Assembly (NCBI GenBank): GCA_964494885.1
Contig: CAZBTH010000005.1
Span: forward strand, 29,277 to 89,167
Direction: 5' to 3'
DNA: 59,891 nt
Source of the DNA: an uncultured Gammaproteobacteria bacterium
GTDB taxonomy: Bacteria > Patescibacteriota > Microgenomatia > UBA8517
Positions 54,931-59,891 of this stretch are shown here, in pieces. Each line of letters opens with the position of its first letter. Position 1 is the first letter of the stretch. A program made the position numbers and the translations under genes. The notes beneath the pieces were generated by a model, which was not told the DNA's origin, ran no database searches, and saw only the letters and a list, made by a program, of their open reading frames with translations.

Positions 54931-55532
54931 CGATTACTTAGAAGTCGCAAAAACAAATTGCCATAAATTTCCTTTATGACCTCCATTTTATTTACAGGTT
55001 TAAAATAAAGAACAATCGGAAGTCCGCCTTTGTGTATTTTTTTGTCATAGGTATACTCTACAATCCAACCTGGCATACTCTGACCAGGCCGGTCATTTTC
55101 GATGTAGAAAATTTCGATCGTTTCCCCTGGCCCGGCATCGGGGGAAGCCAAAGTAAAAACATAGGTTTTGTTTTTTGAATCCGGAAGGGGATCAAAAACA
55201 AACTTTATAAAATTTCCGTCTTCAACATTCTGACCATTTATTACCGATGTTCTGATTTTATTCATGCTTTCATCGAAAAGTGTAAAAATTATATCCTTTT
55301 TATTTTTTAAGTTGGGATTCCTTATCGACGTGCCGATCGCCGAAAGATTTGCTTTTTCTGATGTAAATTTTTGCGAAATGTCGCGGATATCGTAAACACC
55401 CAACCGCTGATCGGAAATATATCCTGGCTGAACACCGTGTGGAATCAATTTAATTCCAAGTGCGAGTACCGCAGGGAACAAAAATACCAAGAACAGGATT
55501 GCCAAAGTTGTAAACCAAATTAGTTTTTTCAT
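54927..55532 (-). CDS. Single-pass (N-terminal anchor) extracytoplasmic protein, hypothetical
   Basis: MKKLIWFTTLAILFLVFLFPAVLAL is followed by a ~170-aa beta-rich domain. ATGA overlaps on both sides. Confidence 0.75.
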   Translation of the reverse strand: MKKLIWFTTLAILFLVFLFPAVLALGIKLIPHGVQPGYISDQRLGVYDIRDISQKFTSEKANLSAIGTSIRNPNLKNKKDIIFTLFDESMNKIRTSVINGQNVEDGNFIKFVFDPLPDSKNKTYVFTLASPDAGPGETIEIFYIENDRPGQSMPGWIVEYTYDKKIHKGGLPIVLYFKPVNKMEVIKEIYGNLFLRLLSNR

Positions 55533-56713
55533 ATAATTTTATGCTCCACATCCTCCTTAAAAATCTTGTATATCATCACCAAATTACCTGCAGCCAAAAT
55601 AGAATGGAAAACTGCCTGAATATTAACCGGGTCATAGACTTTTTGTATAAAAGTGAAGGGCGTAGGAAGCATGTCATACCAAACACTGTAAACCCTAAAT
55701 AACGAAATTGTCATATACCTGTCTCGGAAAAGAGCCGGTATCGCAAAAGCTATTATGCCAAAAAGAAATAACAACCAAGAATATTCAGGTTTCTTTACAG
55801 ACAGTATTACTAAAAATGGCGCTAACCAAAGGAGCCACTGGATATGGAATAATGCAAAAGAAAAAATAATCAAAAACACAGAAACCCAATAGTTAAACAG
55901 GTTGATCTTTTTATCAAAAAGAGCCGCATAGAAGAACAGGAGCGAAAGAGCCAGTGTTGCAAAGTCAGATGTAAATACACCCGTGGTAAGCCCCGAAACT
56001 AATGCCGATTGAAAAAACGCGTTAGAAATAAAGGGCGAGATTACTATTCCGAAAGTAATTAACGGAGTAACGGAAAGAATAATCTTCTCTTTCAGGTTCC
56101 TTCCCGCCAGAAATAAAAACGGAATAAAAAGTAGTGGGTATAATTTAAAACCGGAGGCTAGTCCCAAAATAAGCGAAGCAGAAAACAACTTCTCTTTTTT
56201 GATCATTAAAAACGACAAGATCGTTAAAACTACAGAAAAGATATCTACATTAGAAAAAACATAAACAATAATTATTGTAAACGGGTTGAATAGCCAAAAA
56301 ACGAAAGCCTTCTTTTTGTCCTCTTTATCTTCAAAAAACTTCATCAATAGAAACGCAATCAGAATATCCAAAACCAAATACGGAAACTTAAGTGCGACCA
56401 GATATTTAAATATATTTGGATTTTCAACCGCAGAATACGAACCAGCATCGGCAAGCCAGGAATTAAAACCTTCGCCTAAAATTCCGGAGACTGCCCATTG
56501 ATACCCACCTAATGTGAAATAAGTTAGCGGAAAATACACAAAATCATCTTTTAACGTGAGGGATTTCTTGTTTTCAACAAGATAGGTATAAATATTAAAC
56601 ACCCCCGCTTTTAAAAATGATGCTTGAAAGTTGATAGTCTTAATATCCGGGTGGAATAAAAACCCTGCTACCAAAAGCCTCAAAATAATTGCCAAAACCA
56701 AAAGTCTTTTCAT
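55529..56713 (-). CDS. Polytopic membrane protein, GT87/DUF2029-like putative glycosyltransferase; paralog of 58353..59618
   Basis: LKFPYLVLDILIAFLLMKFFEDKEDKKKAFVFWLFNPFTIIIVY aligns with LKLPYLIFDLGVAALLFKFFKDPKNKFLAFSLWMFNPVNLYATY in the paralog. About 10 TM. Confidence 0.8.
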   Translation of the reverse strand: MKRLLVLAIILRLLVAGFLFHPDIKTINFQASFLKAGVFNIYTYLVENKKSLTLKDDFVYFPLTYFTLGGYQWAVSGILGEGFNSWLADAGSYSAVENPNIFKYLVALKFPYLVLDILIAFLLMKFFEDKEDKKKAFVFWLFNPFTIIIVYVFSNVDIFSVVLTILSFLMIKKEKLFSASLILGLASGFKLYPLLFIPFLFLAGRNLKEKIILSVTPLITFGIVISPFISNAFFQSALVSGLTTGVFTSDFATLALSLLFFYAALFDKKINLFNYWVSVFLIIFSFALFHIQWLLWLAPFLVILSVKKPEYSWLLFLFGIIAFAIPALFRDRYMTISLFRVYSVWYDMLPTPFTFIQKVYDPVNIQAVFHSILAAGNLVMIYKIFKEDVEHKII

Positions 56714-58356
56714 TGTACTTTATATATATTAACAGTATCGTTCTCAAAAATCTTAATCATTGGATATTCTTCCTCGGCCATTGGCAATGGATAGATCTTG
56801 GGTAAATAAATATAGCGTATATTGTTATCTTTCAAAAACAGGCTTGACCAGTTTAAATCTTTTTCGACGAAAAATCTGTCGGCATTTTTTATCCTTGCCT
56901 CATAATCGGTATTAAGGATTATCTGTTGCTCAACATCTTCGATGTAAACACTTTTTCCGGAATGGGCGGACACATATGAGTTATCTGCGTAAACGCTTAA
57001 TGGAAAAGGGTCTTTAAATTTGCCACGCAGATCTCTATCGAACGGATGCTTTAAGACGGTACCATCTGCCTGAGTAGAAAGATATTTTAAAGCGGTGTAT
57101 TCCATACCGGACAGATAAGCCGGGGGGTTGGGATAAAACCAACTACGGAACGTGGCGACCGAGCTAATGGGTGTAATCAGAACAATCGCAACTGTAAAAA
57201 ATACCGGAAACTTTTTTATTGAATTTGCTGCATACAGTCCGGCGAAATATAAAAAATAATAAAAGAACTGTATCACGTTCCACGCATTACCCTTTTGAAC
57301 AAAAAGAAGTGTCGGAACAATCGAAACGATCATCAAGAAAAAAATAAAGATGTGCAAATCTTCCTTAAAAAAATTCTTCCTCAGACCCCAAAGTCCAATA
57401 ATTCTTGTCCCCAAATTCCCGACAAAAAATATTGACAAACTTATAACTTCAATTACTCCGTAGTGAAACCATTTGTGACCTCCCAAATACGCAAATCTCC
57501 TGGCTGTAAAATTTGGAATACCAACCCTATCCCCAGCATCAATCATCGTATCAATTAACCAAAGCGGCTGGAACCCGACAAGGCCGGCAGCCCACCTACT
57601 AATTGACAGATAGATCATGGCAAATATCCCTGCTGAAAAAATTAACACCGGCAAAAGACTGAAATTTTTGTCGAAAAATATTTTCTTTAACGTCAAAACA
57701 AATAATGCACTGAGACATATTGCGCCTGCATACGCTTTAAAACCGACAAGAACCCCGAACGCAATTGATAAAATCAAACCTTTTAAAAAGTCCGGTTTTT
57801 TAAGATACAAATCTAAAAGGATTACTGAAAAAATTATTATGACCAACGATATTGCATAGGGGGGATTTAAGTTCATTGAAACCGGCTGGTTAGCCCAAAA
57901 CGCCGATTCTCCGGCAAAAGGTTGATGTTTGATAAGACCCACAACCCAGCCAAAACTACTTGCAAAATAGGCAAAAAATACCGCCCAAAGACTGGTTTTT
58001 TTATCTTTGAAAAGAATGTTGGCTAATTTGTACGTTCCGACTCCGAGAAGAATGGAAAACATAATCGGAAAGAAACGATAAATTAAAAACTGAGGCGAGA
58101 AAAAAGTGAATTGCGATATCTTGGCCACCAAAATATCGAAAAAATAATGGTAATTAGTTAATACCTGCCCAGCAAAACCAGGGTTTTGAGGGGGAACACC
58201 TCCAAGCAACTGCCCAACAAGTGCTTCGTGCCATACACCATCCCTAGCAAGCGGGCCAAAATATCCTACGCCGTAATCATAAAGCCATCCGCTTCGAAAC
58301 ATGGCAACGCCTTGAAAAATTGTGCCCAAGATGGTTAATACCGTTAAGATAATCAT
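56710..58356 (-). CDS. Polytopic membrane protein, 'DGVWH' family, paralog of 51337..53241; putative GT-C-like
   Basis: See 51337..53241. The C-terminus is NIRYIYLPKIYPLPMAEEEYPMIKIFENDTVNIYKVQ. Confidence 0.85.
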   Translation of the reverse strand: MIILTVLTILGTIFQGVAMFRSGWLYDYGVGYFGPLARDGVWHEALVGQLLGGVPPQNPGFAGQVLTNYHYFFDILVAKISQFTFFSPQFLIYRFFPIMFSILLGVGTYKLANILFKDKKTSLWAVFFAYFASSFGWVVGLIKHQPFAGESAFWANQPVSMNLNPPYAISLVIIIFSVILLDLYLKKPDFLKGLILSIAFGVLVGFKAYAGAICLSALFVLTLKKIFFDKNFSLLPVLIFSAGIFAMIYLSISRWAAGLVGFQPLWLIDTMIDAGDRVGIPNFTARRFAYLGGHKWFHYGVIEVISLSIFFVGNLGTRIIGLWGLRKNFFKEDLHIFIFFLMIVSIVPTLLFVQKGNAWNVIQFFYYFLYFAGLYAANSIKKFPVFFTVAIVLITPISSVATFRSWFYPNPPAYLSGMEYTALKYLSTQADGTVLKHPFDRDLRGKFKDPFPLSVYADNSYVSAHSGKSVYIEDVEQQIILNTDYEARIKNADRFFVEKDLNWSSLFLKDNNIRYIYLPKIYPLPMAEEEYPMIKIFENDTVNIYKVQ

Positions 58357-59618
58357 TTTCTTTCAACCCATTTGGGGAAATAATAATAAATAAAATAGGC
58401 AGCTACGGAGACAAACACGGTTTGTAAGATACTTCTTGTGAAGTTTATATCTACATTCATTCGCAAACTTTCCCAAATTCCCGATTGTCCGTATAAACCG
58501 GGGGAAATTGGAGAGAAGAGCCAAACGGACAAACCCGGATCAAAAAAAGACACCTGCCCAAGCCAAACGACAAACAATGTAACGGTTAGCGGCCAGTGGG
58601 AAAAACGCGACTTAATTAAATCAATAACTAAAAACGGCGTTAACCATAAAAACCACTGAGGATGGGTATGAGTAAAAATAAAGAAAAGCAAAATTACCAT
58701 GAAAAATCTCCGCCAGAGACTGCCTGACACGCCCTTGACGAAAAAGAAAACAATGTATGTAAAAAGTATAAATAGAGGAAAAAACATAATGGCTTCTCCG
58801 CCAGATATGGGAAGAGTTGCATATAGACTTTTTGTTGTCTGACCGGCAAGAAGCGCAGTAGCTCTAAATCCGTCTGAATTTATGAAAGGTAGAATGGTTG
58901 CAAGATAAGTTAGTGCTCCGATTCCAAGGATTTTAACTCTATCCCACCACTTACCCTTCATCAGTGCGAGTGGTACAAGAAATAAAAACGGGAATATCTT
59001 AAAAGAAGCGCCCAAACCCAGAAAGAAAGCCGGCCAAAAAAGATTTTCCTGCCTGCCGGCAGGCAGGTCTTTTTTAACAGCCGTATAAAGTGCCAGAATG
59101 CTCAAAAATGTGGGAATTACATCAAACTGCCCCATCATGTATGTTGCGTATAAATTAACCGGATTAAACATCCATAAGCTAAATGCCAAAAATTTGTTTT
59201 TGGGATCTTTGAAAAATTTGAAAAGTAGAGCCGCCACTCCCAGGTCAAAAATCAGATATGGAAGCTTGAGAACCAGTAGCAAAAAATTAAGCTGAATATT
59301 GCCCAAAAGTGAAGGCAATTTAAAAATAAAATCATGAAGAAGTTCTCTGTTAAACGGGAGCGAGATTACATAACTGACTGGACCCAGAAAGAAATAAACT
59401 AATGGCGGATAATTAAAGAGGTTGGTCGGATAGATTTTTAAAATCGGGTCAGAAAGTGGTAAGTTTCCTAAATAATCGTAAAAATTTAAGACATTTCCTT
59501 TGGCAATCACCTCACCGGCAAAGTAGAACGGTTGGACATCCGAATGGAATGTCGAAAATGCCAAGAACAACCGGATTAAAACTCCTATCGTTAGAACCAT
59601 GAGGATTTTTTTTGTCAT
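58353..59618 (-). CDS. Polytopic membrane protein, GT87/DUF2029-like putative glycosyltransferase; paralog of 55529..56713
   Basis: FHSDVQPFYFAGEVIAKGNVLNFYDYL...FNYPPLVYFFLG, with about 10 TM. Paralog alignment as above. Confidence 0.8.
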   Translation of the reverse strand: MTKKILMVLTIGVLIRLFLAFSTFHSDVQPFYFAGEVIAKGNVLNFYDYLGNLPLSDPILKIYPTNLFNYPPLVYFFLGPVSYVISLPFNRELLHDFIFKLPSLLGNIQLNFLLLVLKLPYLIFDLGVAALLFKFFKDPKNKFLAFSLWMFNPVNLYATYMMGQFDVIPTFLSILALYTAVKKDLPAGRQENLFWPAFFLGLGASFKIFPFLFLVPLALMKGKWWDRVKILGIGALTYLATILPFINSDGFRATALLAGQTTKSLYATLPISGGEAIMFFPLFILFTYIVFFFVKGVSGSLWRRFFMVILLFFIFTHTHPQWFLWLTPFLVIDLIKSRFSHWPLTVTLFVVWLGQVSFFDPGLSVWLFSPISPGLYGQSGIWESLRMNVDINFTRSILQTVFVSVAAYFIYYYFPKWVERK

Positions 59619-59891
59619 TTGTTTTTTCTAACAAGCATTGTAACAATACCCAGAATACTCAACAAGGAAATTATATCTAATATTCCCCTAAACTTTGTTT
59701 CCCGAAATGCTACTTCGACCTGATGTTCCCCCGCGGGAACCTTAAACTCAACCTGACCATACGGTTTGCCGGCGTAGACTTCTACCTGTTTCCCGTCAAC
59801 TGAAACCACCCATCCAGGGAAATAGTATTTGTAATAATCATAAACAGTTTCTTTTGTATAGCTTACATTGAATGTAGTATTCATTCCGGAG
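59615..59891 (-). CDS. C-terminal fragment of a larger membrane protein (YfhO-like C-terminus); the N-terminus lies beyond the right window edge
   Basis: The frame is open to the window edge. YYKYYFPGWVVSVDGKQVEV...EHQVEVAFRE, then a TM ILDIISLLSILGIVTML with a basic tail. This has the same layout as the C-terminus of 53176..54930 (DYFPGVFAFTLNG... plus TM). Confidence 0.75.
   Translation of the reverse strand, partial: SGMNTTFNVSYTKETVYDYYKYYFPGWVVSVDGKQVEVYAGKPYGQVEFKVPAGEHQVEVAFRETKFRGILDIISLLSILGIVTMLVRKNK

Noticed and set aside
1-59891. Alternative genetic code (TGA recoded), RNA genes, prophage, mobile-element or defence-system content.
   Set aside because: - Long uninterrupted ORFs with standard stops, including TGA (for example 35293 and 4128), fit code 11.
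- No gap over about 110 nt exists, and none of the 70-110-nt gaps shows tRNA-like GTTCGAATC/T-loop features.
- No integrase, transposase, capsid, terminase, nuclease or ATPase-type defence signatures were seen.

Overview
This window is AT-rich, uses the standard genetic code, and is extremely gene-dense: about 52 CDS, many with 1-4 nt or longer overlaps and almost no intergenic DNA. I found no rRNA, tRNA, CRISPR array, transposase or integrase. Nearly every gene belongs to cell-envelope glycan or glycoconjugate biosynthesis.

Gene content:
- 16 large polytopic membrane proteins that look like lipid-carrier-dependent GT-C-type glycosyltransferases. These include ArnT/PMT-like, PIG-V-like, GT87/DUF2029-like, AftD-like and YfhO-like architectures.
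- 6 GT2 (GT-A) enzymes. Two are clear DPM1/GtrB/ArnC-type polyprenyl-phosphate sugar synthases.
- 6 GT4 (GT-B) enzymes.
- 2 Wzx-type flippases. One is a partial gene at the left edge and is absent from the ORF track.
- 5 methyltransferases (3 class I SAM, 2 FkbM).
- A set of nucleotide-sugar enzymes: a 4,6-dehydratase, a DegT aminotransferase, GDP-fucose synthase, three further epimerase/dehydratase-family proteins, an SDR, a nucleotide-sugar dehydrogenase, an AsnB-type amidotransferase and a WbuC-like cupin.

The style (compactness, a four-helix-bundle/IVS-type gene, a DUF5667-like secreted protein, many ArnT-like paralogs) resembles Patescibacteria/CPR-like uncultivated genomes. I cannot prove this without a database search.

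Main points of interest:
1. The sheer concentration and tandem duplication of GT-C-like membrane enzymes, with no recognisable priming transferase, Wzy or Wzz.
2. A recurrent promoter arrangement at operon heads, with the -10 box 6-8 nt from the start codon. One case is a 20-bp divergent intergenic region built on the palindrome ATTATAAT.
3. An Avd-like four-helix-bundle gene bracketed by TAAGAT repeats.
4. Two GC-rich anomalies, one of which adds an Arg-rich tail to a GT2 enzyme.

All functional calls come from motif recognition by eye. No searches were run.
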